Assembly (NCBI RefSeq): GCF_026210795.1
Contig: NC_089430.1
Location: 2,046,001 to 2,110,000 of the forward strand
Direction of reading: 5' to 3'
Source of the DNA: Rhizophagus irregularis
Lineage: Eukaryota
Length of the DNA stretch: 64,000 nucleotides
This document shows, one piece after another, positions 14,286 to 28,102 of this stretch. The position numbers were made by a program, and so were the translations under genes. Numbering within the stretch: position 1 is the first letter of the stretch; every line of letters starts with the position of its first letter. Below the pieces are notes generated by a model. It had not been told where the DNA came from. It worked only from the letters and a program-made list of their open reading frames with translations, and did not search any database.

Positions 14286-14859
14286 ATAATAAAAGGGAAT
14301 TAAAAAAAAAATCTTAATCGCAAATTTAGAACCAAATAACCTAAAAAGAAAATGAATGAGGAATTGAAAATCGAGTGTCAAAGTAAAGGAACAAAAGTAA
14401 AAAAAGAATGGAAATAAAACATACCTTGATCACAAAATACCATAAAACTAGAAGAGTTTAACAAATGAAATGTTATCAAATTATCATGTGACCAGGAGGT
14501 GTACACCAACTATCATTTGAAAGCCAATCAGATTGATCATCATCACATCTTGTGTGATACGTAGCTCATATTTTTATTTATTAGAGCCGATGTGGAACCG
14601 AATTAGAACGACGAACCGATTTCCATCCCTAAATACGGGTGGACAATCATTCAAGCCTTAGTAAAATAATTAGTATTTTTGAATCGATGATCGATGATTT
14701 TAAGTATGGATCACCTGCATCATATTACGGAAAAAACATGACTTTATATAATAACTATATATTAATAAATAATCCATTTGAGTACTGGAAAAAGAGATCC
14801 AAAAATAGCTGTATCGAACCCTTTTTAAAAAAAATAATTATATATATATACGGTAAAAA

Positions 14860-14948
14860 TATTTCGTTTTTCATCATCACCTTTCGTTGTATTTCATTTT
14901 TCACCATCATTTTTCATTGTATTTCGTTTTTCTCATCACTTTTCTTTT
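14860..14948. repeat. ~30-bp tandem repeat x3
   Basis: The unit TATTTCGTTTTTCATCATCACCTTTCGTTG recurs with variants. Confidence 0.7.
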
Positions 14949-17323
14949 AGTTCATCTCCATCTTTTTAATTTATCTTTTCTTCCTTTATTCTCCCTTGAT
15001 CTTTCACTTTATCCTTCCTTATTGTATTTTTTTTGTTCTTACTTTATGTATTATAACACCTTTGTACCAAAGCATTATGTAGTGTGATTTAATAAAACCA
15101 ATTTTTATTGCCGGATTTAATAATTAAATTAATAAAATCGAAAAAATTACCCAATAAAAAATTTTATATGATCACGTGATACGACTGATACACACTAGTG
15201 GTTTATTTTTTATTCTATTTTATCTTTTAATAACCGAAATTTTGCACTAAATTTGCATTAGGTTTAATGATATCGCAGTATATAGAGCAATATAAATTAA
15301 ATCAATATCACTAGTAAAATGTAAAATCACTAAATTTATCGAAAATTTTTATCTAAAAAAAAATATCAAATTTGAAATCAATCAGACTTACATTTTTGGA
15401 ATTTACTAAATTCGTCATATACCGTATTTACAATTTTTGCATTAAAACTTGGATTCGAATCAGGACAAATTAGTCAATAATGAAGAATAGCGACTAGTAT
15501 GATTATATATTTATTTCAAATAATAAGCGTATAATGAACTCTATTGCTTACAGCTTACTGTATATGGCTGTCAAATTAAGAAATTTATTAAATTAAACTG
15601 CACAATTTCTATCGTGATTTGGATTATTAAAATATAATTGCTGGAAGCGATGCGGGATGACTGATCCGGAAAAAAATTTAATAAAAAAAAACTCTTTTCT
15701 TTCTTAATTTCTTACGAAGATAATTTCAAAGGTGAACATTGAAGGAAGCCTAAAATCATCTTTTTATTCTTCTACTACTTTATCCTGCAGAGGATTTATG
15801 AACGAATTTTGAATGGAGCGGCTTATCAAATTCGCCAATATGTATTTTTAGTTAAATGATTACCTTATTAGAAACTAGTTTAACACAATCAATTATTTCT
15901 TCGCAGATATAAGAGTTTATGGGGTTTCTCCTAATTCCCTTGCTATTTATCAAGGTATATTTTTACGATGCGTCCTATGTTTTTATGCGACATTTGATAT
16001 TGCCTTTAGATTTAAATAATAAATAAATATATACATATACAGTATGCATAAAAACGAAAAAAATATAAAATTTATAATTCGCAGCATTTTACAAGTATTT
16101 AGTGCTTAAATATTTTCATTAAACTTCTATTTGGAGCATTTCTCACTGGAACGTATACTCCATAAGTCCTCCTAAATTTTCAAATCCTTGTACAAGATTA
16201 TGCATGCATCATACCCTTAGGCCGCAATCTTTTTTTTTGTTTAGCAATTTTTTTTATTTCTTTTTTATATTTGCAGTTTTATATTAGATTTCTTTTTCTT
16301 TCCTTTTTATTTAAAAGAATAAAAACTGTTCCGGATGTAATTAATAAGAATTTTTTTACTACCTTTTTTTTTTGATTTGTAAAAACCTGCAACTTCCAAT
16401 TGATCATTTGATAAGTCACGTGCTCATTCATTATTATCCTGGTATGCGGTGGTCACTGGTCAATAACTTAACCTATTTTTGGGTACACATCCTTTATAGA
16501 CTCGTATTTTTTTTTTTGTCTCGATTCCTTTTTTTTTATGAAGAAAATCATTTTAGCTCATATAGTTATTTATTCCAGCGACCTTACAAATATATATATA
16601 TTGAAGATCGCGAAAAAAGTTCTCAACAAAAAAGAAAGCAAGGTAAATCTTTATATTATACTTTTATATTTTAATGTTATTATTTACTTAAAAAAAAAAT
16701 GCTGTTAACTAAAATAACCTATTTAATAATAATACAGACTAACTAAACGTAGATTATATGAAACAAAGGAGTTTTAGTTTCAAAATTTCAAAATTACTTT
16801 TTAAAATAAAATTGAGTAATAAATGAATTAATTGTTTTGCTTTATTAAAGTTTTCTTTATTACGCCAAATCTAATTATATTTGTTATTCGCTTACATTTT
16901 TTCCTTTTCCAAAAATTGTCTTACCGATACACCATTATTCACCAGCCAAAACGAAACTTGGATAAGATTTTTGTCAATAATTACAAAATTTAAACTTGAA
17001 ATTTTATATTTTTGGTGTAAATGTGAAATCATGTCGGTTGGCAGAATTGCATTTTGGTACTATCTTATTTGCTTCAACATTTTACTCGAAAAAGAACAAT
17101 GATCAAAATCATCCAATTTTGTCAGTTTTGTTTTGGGAAGCCTTTCTTGATAGAATTTTTTTTTGTTTCTTTTCGTTTTACGAAAATTCATTAAAAAATA
17201 TGACTTTTTGAAAAAAAAAAAATTTCTAAAATTTTCTAAAATTAAATAAATAAATATCATATAAATAATAATAATTATTATTACTACTTCGAAAAAGAAC
17301 CATATGATTTTTTCTATTCCATG

Positions 17324-17516
17324 AGGACACAGAAATATATAGGGGTCAGGTGATGAAAAAAAATTTTACTATGATTTTTTCAGGGCCGGAATTATGATAA
17401 TGTCAGTCGGTTATTATAATATTATAATAGGACTGACTGGAATTATCAAAAATTATCTAAAAAGGAAAGATTTTCATGATTTTTTTAGTTCAAGATACGC
17501 AAATTCAAATAGGACC
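17324..17516 (+). mobile_element. MITE of the AGGACC-TIR family (right end degenerate)
   Basis: Colinear reverse-complement match to 33297-33529. Carries the core TTTTCAGGGCCGGAATTATGATAATGTCAG. Confidence 0.75.
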
Positions 17517-18277
17517 GTACGGTAACGCAAATTAGTACATACGTGTGTTTTTTTTGTTCGTACGTAGGTCCGTTGAGATGTCGTTAATATTTTATGTTTG
17601 TATTTCGTGACTCACGCCGACGTAATAGCATTGTCAAAATTGCTACGAATACTTCAAACTTCTTACTATATGATACGTTTCCTGTCATATTTCTATAATA
17701 ATTTTTTTTTTGAAATTCTAATTTGTAAATTAATCTATAATTTGAAACCATAAAATAATAAAATTGTTGAAAAATTAATTTCCTAGCATATTACTGAAGA
17801 CATTTTGTGCTACACTTACCTTTCAAATATGTAGCAATTTCGGCGTGGCGTGAAAGGTTTATTTCTTAACGAAGTAAAAAAAAGTAACCAGATTGAGAAA
17901 AGGCTTTATATTGGCAGAACTCAGTTACACGAAAAATTCGAGCGTTGTACAGTACAACAGTACGTACTTGTGGCATTACATCATCAAAAAAATTAATTTG
18001 TAGCACAAATTTTTTAACGAAATAATAAATACTGATGTTAATTGTTCTGAAATCGGATCACATTTATCCATTTATCACGGAAAGAATACGTTATTATTGT
18101 AATCTGGAGTTTATTATTTCAAGGAGTAACCCAATAAGTTAGTTAATAACATTTTAAGGACACAATTACGACTAGCAAAATCGTATTTTTAGAAATAAAT
18201 TTTGCAATTGATGCGAAATCGGATCACATTTATCATTATAATTACGAAAAAAATATTACCCTTTAGAAGTATCCAAA

Positions 18278-19491
18278 ATGTCTAGTCAAAATCATCGTTT
18301 ACATTATATTCCTGGTGTGTGGTTAGCGAAGGAGACTCTAAAAAATTTAAAGAAACTACTTAAACCACATCCAAAAATAAAAGACGAACCACTAAGTGAA
18401 AGCAGGTGAGTGGGCATCATACACAAGTTATTTTATATCTGTTCAGTATTAACTTGTATGAATGACAGTTTTCCTTTTAAGATTGGCTCAAAAATAACTG
18501 CAGAAGAGTACAATAATTTTCTTCAACGTAAAGAATCTTCTGGGTACAAATACGAACATAAAACTAATGGTGACGTGTATGTGATCGATATGAGCGACCC
18601 AGAACATGGTACTATTGTCGAGGTGCTCCGAGACTATTTTAACATTGCAAATGGCGGAGTCATTCGTAACAAACCAATACGTGTATCCGGTGATGAATGT
18701 AAGAGAACTCCTCTAGTATATTTGGTTCTCAATCTATATATAATTGATTCTCAAATATTTTACATCCCTCTTTTAGTCCATTATAATCCTACTGTAATGG
18801 GACAATTCATAGCTTCGGATGTTATAGTTAAACCAAATGGGAATCATGTCCAACAACCTATTGTTCCATACCCTGGCCCTCCTCCTGGAGATAAAAATGT
18901 ATTTTTTTAGATTTGTAATACCTGATATTTGATTTACGATTTTCTAACATTAATATTTTTCATCTAGGGGAATCCACATGCTCGAATAATTTGTGAAGTA
19001 GCCAATAAACAAAGTATTGGTAACTTGAGAAATAAATGCCAAAATTGGCTAAATCAAGTTTATGTAAGATATGTACTTGGTATTAAATTACATGAAAAAA
19101 GGACAACGCGGGATCTCCAAAGACGTTTCTACAGATCAATGACAGCGATGTTATTTCAGCAAGGAGTACCTGGATATATAACGGTAAGTTGCTAATTTAT
19201 AATTTTTATTTTTGATCAAAACGTCTTAATAACCTCAATATATTTTAGTGGGATTTCGGTACTCACCAATTAGGACGTCCAACAGACAATGCTTACCTCT
19301 CTGGTTGTAATGCTCCTAATATCCCCGCATTTCAAATAACTATTCCAGTAAATGCAGTTTTCTGGGACCCGCCGACGATTCCTGCTGCTGCTGGATATTT
19401 CCCCGTTGTTCCCCCAACAGTTACTCTTTGTAACTTTACTATTGACCTATTTGAAATTCAACAGGAAGTCTTGAACCAACAAGAAAATTGA
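18278..19491 (+). CDS. Uma2/PD-(D/E)xK restriction-endonuclease-fold protein (Crinkler REase-like)
   Basis: Five-exon ORF with canonical introns, from ATG 18278 to TGA 19491. Motifs GDVYVIDMSDPEH, ASDVIVKP, IICEVANKQS..LRNKCQNW, YVLGIKL, WDFG and FTIDLFEIQQ fit the Uma2-like H...(P)D...EV pattern. Confidence 0.7.
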
Positions 19492-19557
19492 TAAAATTAA
19501 ATAATAAGATGTGGCAGAATTGTTGCTCTTGGAATGTTTAATTCTACAAATACACCA

Positions 19558-21102
19558 CCCTATAAAAAAATTGGATACGTTTTTTATAAAGTTTTTATAC
19601 GATTTTTTTCCTTAGAAATAACGTATCATAATAGGATACGGAAAAATGCACAATTCTCTATCACTAAAAATATGGTTTGGATACGGAATTTGCACGGAAT
19701 TCATATGGAATTTACATGATTTGATCACTGATTTTATCACGAAATTTATACGATTTGGTCACTGAATTTACTACTTGTATTAGTTTACTATAATTATATT
19801 TACATAAATCTAATTTTACTTTATTAAATTAAATAAAAAATAAAAAATAAACAAAATGCAAATACATTATGAAAATTCCCTCCTTATTAAAAACACCTAT
19901 TGCAACCAAAATTATCTATAAGTTCAGGTTCATTTGGAGTCAAACAACCTAAAAAAAAACAAAAAAAAGAAACATAAGAACGTCTAACTTAATTGGAAAC
20001 AAAACCCCCCCTTCATATAGTATCTGCAATTGACCAAGTCACCAAAGGTCAGCATTCCTACAAAAAAAGAAAGAGAACTCCGTCCAGAATGTCTGACCTA
20101 CATAAATGAAAAGAATTATGAAGCATCTGATGAAAAAGAAACCAAAACAACAAAATAAATCCAAAACTGACCTACAAAAAAAGAAGACTCTGAAGCAACA
20201 AAACTGAAACAACCTACAAAAAGAAAAGAATCTGAACCCAACTTACAAAAAAAAAAAAAGAAAATTTGAACTGACCTAAAAAAAGAAAAAAATCCTGAAC
20301 AATCCTACAAAAAGGAAAGGACTCCCAAACTGATCTACAAAAAAGAAAAAAGAAACTGAATCTTCTCACAAAAAAAAATCTGCTGGCCTATGAAATAAAA
20401 AAAGGGATAAATATAAATTAAAAAGAAAGGGGAATAAAGAATAAATCAAAAAAAATATTTTTTTAAAAAGAGAGTAACGAAGTTAGGAAAGTTAAAAAAA
20501 TTTTTTTTTTTAAAGGGAGGACGTCAAAGTTAGAAAAATAAAAAATTTTTTATAAAGAGGAAATAGAAATAGAAAGAAAATTTTTTTAAAAAAAAAGAAG
20601 AGTGGGAATAAAAGAATAAAATCAAAAAAAATTTTTTTTTTTAAGGAGAGTGATGAAAAAAAAAATTTTAAAGTGAGGTACGAAAAAAAAAATTTTTTTT
20701 TAAAAAGGGGGTGACGAAAAAAGAAGAAAATTTTAGAAAAAATAACAAAAGAGAAGGAAGGGAAAGACAGAAAGGAAGATCGGAAGATCAAACTCATCAA
20801 AGTAAGGGTTTATATAAAAACAAAAAACGTATCATAACAAAACAATAAACAATCACGTGATCTCATGTTAATGATACGAGATTTTTGTAAAATTATTTTC
20901 TAAAAATATCAAGTTTAAAAATTCCGTATACATTCCGTATGATTAATTTTTTCCGTATACATTTCGTATACATTAGTTTTTTAAAAAAATGTTCAAAAAT
21001 GAATTGCTTATTAAATATACGGAATTTGTATACGGAATCTATAGAAACGTACATAAAATGTATACAAAACGTATCCTTTCCGTATACATATTTCTTATAG
21101 GG
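19558..21102. mobile_element. Non-autonomous DNA transposon, CCCTATAA termini, 3-bp TSD (CCA); CMC/EnSpm-like by inference
   Basis: Left end CCCTATAAAAAAATTGGATACG, right end ...CGTATACATATTTCTTATAGGG. CCA at 19555-57 and 21103-05. ATACGG/CCGTAT subterminal repeats at both ends. Confidence 0.8.
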
Positions 21103-21193
21103 CCACAAATTCCTTTGATGCCTCAGGATGATATTGATAAAAGTTCTGATTTCGTGGGGATTGTAATGTTTGATTTTTCATCCTAGACATTCT

Positions 21194-21442
21194 TCATAAT
21201 TCCACTTTCTCCAGTTTTTTTGCTATCTCATCTAAAGGAAAGTCTTCTCTGATTCGCATGACTTCATCCTGCCATTCTTCATGTAGACCATCAATACGGA
21301 TTTCTTCGTAACCTAAATTAAGTCTACATGCACATTTTTTTAACTTTTCATAATAATCTATTGTTGTACCATATCCCTGTTTCATTAAACCTAAGGAAAA
21401 CAATTGCTTTCTCTTCAATGGCAGGGAGATGATTTTTTGCAC
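21194..21442 (-). pseudogene. Retrotransposon Gag-like fragment
   Basis: MKQGYGTTIDYYEKLKKCACRL...DGL resembles the Retrotrans_gag QG..T..Y...GL pattern. The upstream part is frameshifted. Confidence 0.35.
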
Positions 21443-22302
21443 GAAATTCCCACGCTATTTTGTAATAATAAGTTTGTTGCCGCAAATTATTATTAGTACA
21501 TATGTTTTGTTTTTCCATTTATGATAACGGTCAAAAATCCTGTCAAATCCTATCACGATTATATTCCAAGAGAGCTATATCATTTACGGAATTAATGTAC
21601 AATGCCTTCCACCTTCGTTTTTTGCTTGTTATTCTATTATTTTTTTACTATCTATGGACAATGATTATAAAAAAATTATCACTATATTAATAAAATAAAA
21701 TAAGGAAAGGAGTCATTTATAAAAATTTAAAACGTCATGATCTGTTTAGGTAGACAAAGATATTTACTAAATTAATTTATTATCAAACGTAATTTAACGT
21801 AATTTTGCATAATTTATCCGTTATATAATTACAAAAGAAAAGCAAAAAGTATAAAGGAACGTGAACAAGTGAACGTACCGATTCTTTCAAAGGTAGTAAA
21901 AATATAAATTAAATTGATGAAACATAATCTCTTGCGGATATATTGACCAATTTGGGCGAAATGGCAATTAATTTCATAACTGATAATCGTAAATAATACG
22001 TCCAGATTCAAAGAGATATAATAAGGAATATTAAGTTGATATACCAATTTTAATAAAATCTAATCCCGTACAGGATAACAAAATGACGACGTGATCAAGA
22101 AAGCAAAGTACCTGATGAAATGGTGCTATATGCTTTATACTATCAATCCAATCACTTTGTTTATAATAATTTAATACTATAATTATAAATTTTAATCATA
22201 ATAGAAATATTTCAATAATAATAGTACATAGTAATGTAGAAACAATAGCTACAAGTAGGACATTTATATTCTGAATATTTTGTAAGCTTCCTTTCCTTTC
22301 CT

Positions 22303-23984
22303 TTATTCAGTTGTTTTATCTAAAAAATCAAATTATTAAAGTAAATTGTTAATATTAATATTAATAAAATTAGCCATATAAAGTTAATACAAATGGAGTG
22401 CCTAGGTTGAGTTTAGTAAAATCCATTGCTTCTATGGACTCTACAATGCAAAAAAAAATAATTTCAAATTAAATTTATTTCAAGAACGTTTGATAAAATA
22501 TTCTAGGACATTAATAAGTACCTGAATATTCCCCAAATGAGTTATGTCCAATCCCGTTATCAATAGCATTTTTTGGTTCTGGAAGATTTTTAAAATCTAA
22601 AAATCTACTCGTGTAAACTGCTTGAGGATTTGTAGTATATGAAAGAGTAGTACCGGTATATATTAATGAAGAGGAAGTTAATTTCTCATTAATTTTATCT
22701 GCTTCTTTAATTTGCTTACTGATTTCACAACTAATATTTTTTAATTCATCACGTAATATGACTAACATATCACATAATTCATTTGCTTTAGGTCGTTTTA
22801 AAGGGCCTGCATCCCAGCATCGTTTACTTATATCCAAAATTAGTTGAGGAACTTTATAATCAGATTTTGGTCTAAGCCCTTGACAAATGCTAATAGTTAA
22901 TAATTTATTATGAGCAATATTATGATAAGGAGGAAGCCCCGTACAAACTTCATATGCAATAATCCCAAATCCATAAAACTCACTTTCTTGAGTATATTCT
23001 TTTCCTCTCAAAACCTCAGGTGCTACGTAAGGTAATACTCCATATATTTTTTTATATTCATCTTGGGATGGTTTTTCATTTGCTGGTTGACATAATCCTA
23101 AATCAGTGATAAAAATATACTCATTAGCATTACTTACTAATATATTACCACAATGAAAATCACGGTATATTCATGAATACTCTTAAGGCCTTCTGCAGTC
23201 CTTTGTAAATATATAACTTTTCATCCCAGTCTATTGAATTAAAACTCTTATTTAAATGTTGTCTTAAACTACCATTTTTTGCGTATGGAATTACCATCAT
23301 AAAATTATTGGATTTTGGATCTTTAGTAATGCCATGACATAAAATTATCGGACCACTACACACAGTATATAATTCAATCTAAAAAAGAATTCATAATAAT
23401 AAATAATAGTCAGTTTAGCATTTATTATTAAAAAATATTAATTAGTAACTTACTTCTCTTAAAAATTCGGCTGTAATATCTTGTGAGTTATGTAAACATT
23501 TTAAAATAACTGGAAAATTTTTATGTGACCCACACCAATATTTACTTCTTTTCCATTGATTAAGTTCAAAATCCAAAGAATCTATAAAACCATCTTTCCA
23601 AATTGCTTTATAAATAGTTCCAAACTCTCCTTTGGCCAAATATTTAACATTTTCAAATCTATCATATTCAATACACTCTAAAATTTCATAATTACACTTA
23701 GCGTTAAGTTGTGATTTTTGAATAAACTTATCAACTTCATTATTTCCACTAGTCCAATTTTTGAAATTTTGTTGACAATATTTAGCATTACATGATTGAC
23801 ACCAATCATGACGAATTCTAGGCTGATTACATTTTTTGCATAATCCATTTACTTTATAACATTTTTTTAATTCTTCATTTAATATTAGCTTATCAATTAA
23901 CAAACTTTGTTCCTTTGTTAATCCATAATATTTAAAATCTTTTATCTGCTCAATTACATCATCACTGAGCTTAAATTCCTCCAT
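22303..23984 (-). pseudogene. TKL protein kinase pseudogene (CxxC-WCxxC / WTSGN N-terminal subtype)
   Basis: ATG at 23984. GLCKKC..WCQSC, NWTSGN; G-loop altered to AKGEFG. Frameshift near 23210 and a deletion just before RDFHCGN. TDLG and YVAPE present; DIY changed to EFY. Small 3' exons to TAA at 22303. Confidence 0.85.
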
Positions 23985-26182
23985 ATCAGATTAATTGATG
24001 TATAAACAACGTGAAAAAAAAAAATGGCAGCTTTATTAAATGTACCACAGTTCATGGCAGCGATCGACAAATTTTATTTCTATTTGGGTCAAACAATAAA
24101 AATCAATAGATATCTAAAGTTGCAAATAGAATAAATTTCATTAATTAAAGAATTTTTTTTCTTTTTTCGAACATGTGACACTCTGAACAAATGTTCAGGG
24201 TATCATGTGCTTTGTGTGACCTGTCAAGAAATGACAATTGCACTGAAAATCCGAACAAAAAGAGTTATCACAAACTATAGTAACTATCGTTATATGATCT
24301 TTATTGTAACCATAGTTTCCAAAAAAATTTACGAACATCGTTACCAAGATTCACTGTAACAATCGTTACCTGTACTTTGCGGTATTCATCGTTTCCAAAG
24401 AACATGCGAGAATTGGTGAAAAGACAGTAAAATGATAATATAGCAATTCTCATTATAGAATAGGGAAGTATCACTTGCAATTATCTAGTGTTCTCTTAAT
24501 ATTATTAGTTGGTTTGAGAAAAGCTAATTTATTACTTGGCTTATCAGAAGGAAGATTTACTTTCAGAATCTGGAGTCTATTGTGTTTTTAAAACCAATTT
24601 TTCTTCTCTTGATGCTTAATGGTTTCCATGAAATTGTGAAAAGTCTCATTTTCATCAACTTTGATTTCAAAAATGTCTTCAGAAGAATAATTGTCTAAAA
24701 CAAATAGCTCAAATGATATGTAACTATTTTTTTTTCATTGTAAAACTGGATGATGATTTAAAAAAAATATCCATTTCCAGTTATAATACTACATAATTTT
24801 GTTATAATTGATGTAGAAGAATAATGCTTATATAATATATATTAATCATATTTCTACTATGAGTTCATAGTATGATTTGTCAAATGCAATGTATAGGCTT
24901 TCATCATAATATTATAAAGATATTACATAATATAATTTTATTAAATTTTGCATTGTTCGCTTTGCTTGTTGCTTGTTGCTTGTATAATTTCAACTTCAAC
25001 TATTATGCACTTTATTATTACTGAACATTCATAAATTAAGCAGTCAATTGTGTATTCTCTAATTATATGATTTAATTGTCTAATTATAAGTAAAAATCTT
25101 GACAAAATTGGTGCTTAATACAATTGAGACTTCTTTTGAATTCTATGAATAATATGAAGGATTTTAATTAATTAAATATGAACAATTTTTGCTCAAAATC
25201 ATTGAAAAGATCATATAAATTGTGTAGGATGATCCAATTTCCAATGAAATAAGTATGTAATCTTTTATACATAAATATTGACTTTATATTAATTGTAGTA
25301 TTATGACATTGTAACAATTCTATGTAATTTAATAATTCTGGCTTTCATCAGTAATACTTGAAGTATTTGAACAGTAAAGTGTCGACCAGCAGGATATTGT
25401 ATTGTAATTATTGAATCATAATATTATGTTTGAATTACTATTATAAGTTGAAAAATATGTGTTTGCATAAATTAAATGAAGTAACCTAATATTATTATTT
25501 AATAAATGTCATATACAACAAAATACAATATTTTTTAAAAACCTATTAACTATTTACTAAATTTTATAATTTTTTTGATTTGAATAAATTTATTATGTAT
25601 TATGTTTACAGATATTCTAATTACAATTATTATTATTAGGTATAAAATTAGTCTGATATTTTTTTTTTTGTGAAATGATATATCTAGAAATAATAATTGC
25701 TTTTCATTATTTTAACATTTTCTAAAAGAATTGTAAAATTTTTAAATTTTTTGTATCCCTGTATAATTATAAATAAATTCTTAAATAATATAATATATTT
25801 TTTAGTTGGTTTCAAAGATAATTCCTTAAATACATTTAACATATTTACAGGATAAAAAATAATAGAAACTGTTGAATGTTGTCATTTCAAAGAATTTTTA
25901 ACTTATATAAAAAACCACATTTTACTTGATTATTTCAGATTAAAATATCAGTAAACTGCAAACATAACATATCACCTGTTTCCATAAATATTGATATACT
26001 GCATCATTATATCACTATTGGATTGAAATTATTATTATCAACAATTGTGTCAAACAATTTGTTTTGGAATAAATAAAATTTAGTATTATTGAGATCTTTT
26101 TCATATATTTCAAAATAAAATAAATTAAAATATTAAAGTGAACTTCGAATAAGCTCCGAAATAATAAATAATAACATAGATC

Positions 26183-26377
26183 AGGTCCCCCCAAAAGTCT
26201 CATATAGGATGCAATGTGCAACAAAAAAAAAAATTTACTATTAGCTCTTTCAGGGCCGGAATTATAATAATGTCAGCCAATATCTAAAAAAGGAAATAAT
26301 TTCCCGACTAAAATTATCAAAATATCCATCGAAGGAAAGATCTAGATTACCTCAGACATGAGACTTTTCCGGGTCCT
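26183..26377 (+). mobile_element. MITE of the AGGACC-TIR family (variant)
   Basis: Ends AGGTCCCCCCAAAAGTCTCAT / ATGAGACTTTTCCGGGTCCT, with the internal family core CAGGGCCGGAATTATAATAATGTCAG. No clear TSD. Confidence 0.65.
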
Positions 26378-26902
26378 ATATTCCTATTTCAGAGGTAATC
26401 ATTATTTGATTATATGATTGAAGAACGGAAATTACTAATATATTACAATATCACTTAGTTTCACATGTAATTTATTTATAATTGACTGATTGGCATTTGA
26501 TCACGTGTACCAGCGGTCCATTGGCTAACCCAAATTATCGTACGACCTGACCATTCTATATAAAGTTTATTTTATTTTAATAAGACTCTCTTAAAAAATT
26601 TTTACAAGGAATACTTTTAATAATTGTAATATTACTTATTATAAATAATATGCAGTATATTGTATATCGATATCTAAAATTAAACTATTTTATGGTCATA
26701 TGTAGTTGTACCGATAATATTAAATAAATTTATTATAGTCAAATGACATGTGATTACGCAAATTCGCCGATATGTTAAACTGGATAGAATTTATATGGCT
26801 AAATACTCACAATTCTGAACTTTATTTTTTTTGAGAAAACTTCGTATGAAAATTTATTCACGGATGTTTAATTGCTTTTAGTAAATGTGAACACAAATAT
26901 TT

Positions 26903-27087
26903 TCCTGTAAAAAAAGTCGGTCCGTTTTTTATATTCCATCTTTTTCCGTAAAAGGCTCATATTTCCGGAATTAATAACAATGTATCAACGGATTTTATCG
27001 AATTATTTAAATTTTCCGTGAATAGATCCGGGAAAGGCTTATTTTTACGGAGTTTTTACAGAAATAACGAATAAAATTTTTTATTGG
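26903..27087. mobile_element. Degenerate CCCTGTAAAAAA-type MITE
   Basis: TCCTGTAAAAAAA...TTTTTTATTGG with TTT on both flanks and TCCGT/ACGGA internal repeats, as in 44423-44621. Confidence 0.55.
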
Positions 27088-27387
27088 TTTTAAAGATTTA
27101 TTATAGATGTTTCTTTTTTTTATAAAAATTTTTACATGTCTAGCTGTTAGTTTTTATTCCACATACTTTGGACAATCTCGGAAGATTATTGGTATTTTAT
27201 ATAGTGATTCTAACTGTATAACATTTATGAAGTAATTTAAAAATATATCGTGTTTTATAATGGCATAAGTAGATCATTTTAAAATACTGTATAAATATAG
27301 ATATTGATTGTTTTATCGTTTCTAGATGTTACACGATTACTAATAGCCAATCACCTCAATCTTTCGGTAAATTATTTAGCCGGTTGT

Positions 27388-27554
27388 CAGCTGATTTTCA
27401 TAATGTATGACACTTGAAAATAGCTCAAATAAATACCACCATTCTCGGAATAGTACTCCAAAATTAGCGTATTTTATTTTATATCAAGCTTTACCGAATA
27501 TTTCCGAGTTCTTTAAAATTTGTTAAAGTGTCCGGTACATTATGAAATCAGCTG
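27388..27554. mobile_element. MITE with ~28-bp imperfect TIR starting CAGCTG (Tc1/mariner-like)
   Basis: CAGCTGATTTTCATAATGTATGACACTT versus AAGTGTCCGGTACATTATGAAATCAGCTG. TA on the right flank only. Confidence 0.6.
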
Positions 27555-28102
27555 TAATCCAAATACTGTTATCTCGGTGACTCGGTGGACATTTCCTATA
27601 ATAAAATTAATTAGGGGAAATTATAAATAACATCCCTCCTTATTCTCTCATTTGAATAATAATAAAAAAATTAATTAATTTAATTAATTAAAAATGAATT
27701 ATTTTACTCAATTAATTAAAGAAGGGATGAACGAGATCCAAATTATATCAGAATTATGTAATTAATCGATAAATGTGCTTAATAATTATACTAATCTGTA
27801 AAACAAATAAAATTGTACAATGTAATACAAAATCATTAATACGGAAAGGCTAATTCTACTAAAAAAAAAAATTTATGTTTTCCGGTATTTACTAATTACA
27901 GTTTAATAAATTTTTAATCCAAATAACTAAGTTTGGCGAACAAAGTGGTTTTAAATAAAAAATATATCAATCAGGTCCATACGGGCTCGATGATCTGGAA
28001 ATGTCGATTGGCCAAATGATCGACATTCCGAATTCTGAGCTTTTCATTATAAGATGAGCTTTTTCATTATTTATAAGGTGTGCTTTCAACCTTAAGCAAA
28101 AA

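Noticed and set aside
20510..20800. Phe/Lys-rich ORFs here and at 4416-4994, 13423-13939, 16372-17260 and similar positions
   Set aside because: Artefacts of poly-T/poly-A low-complexity DNA. Antisense ORFs over real genes (e.g. 58488-58805, 46951-47154) were likewise ignored.
24400..26150. Possible highly decayed TE or gene fossil (CpG-poor, coding-like patches on the minus strand)
   Set aside because: No recognisable motif or termini could be reconstructed.
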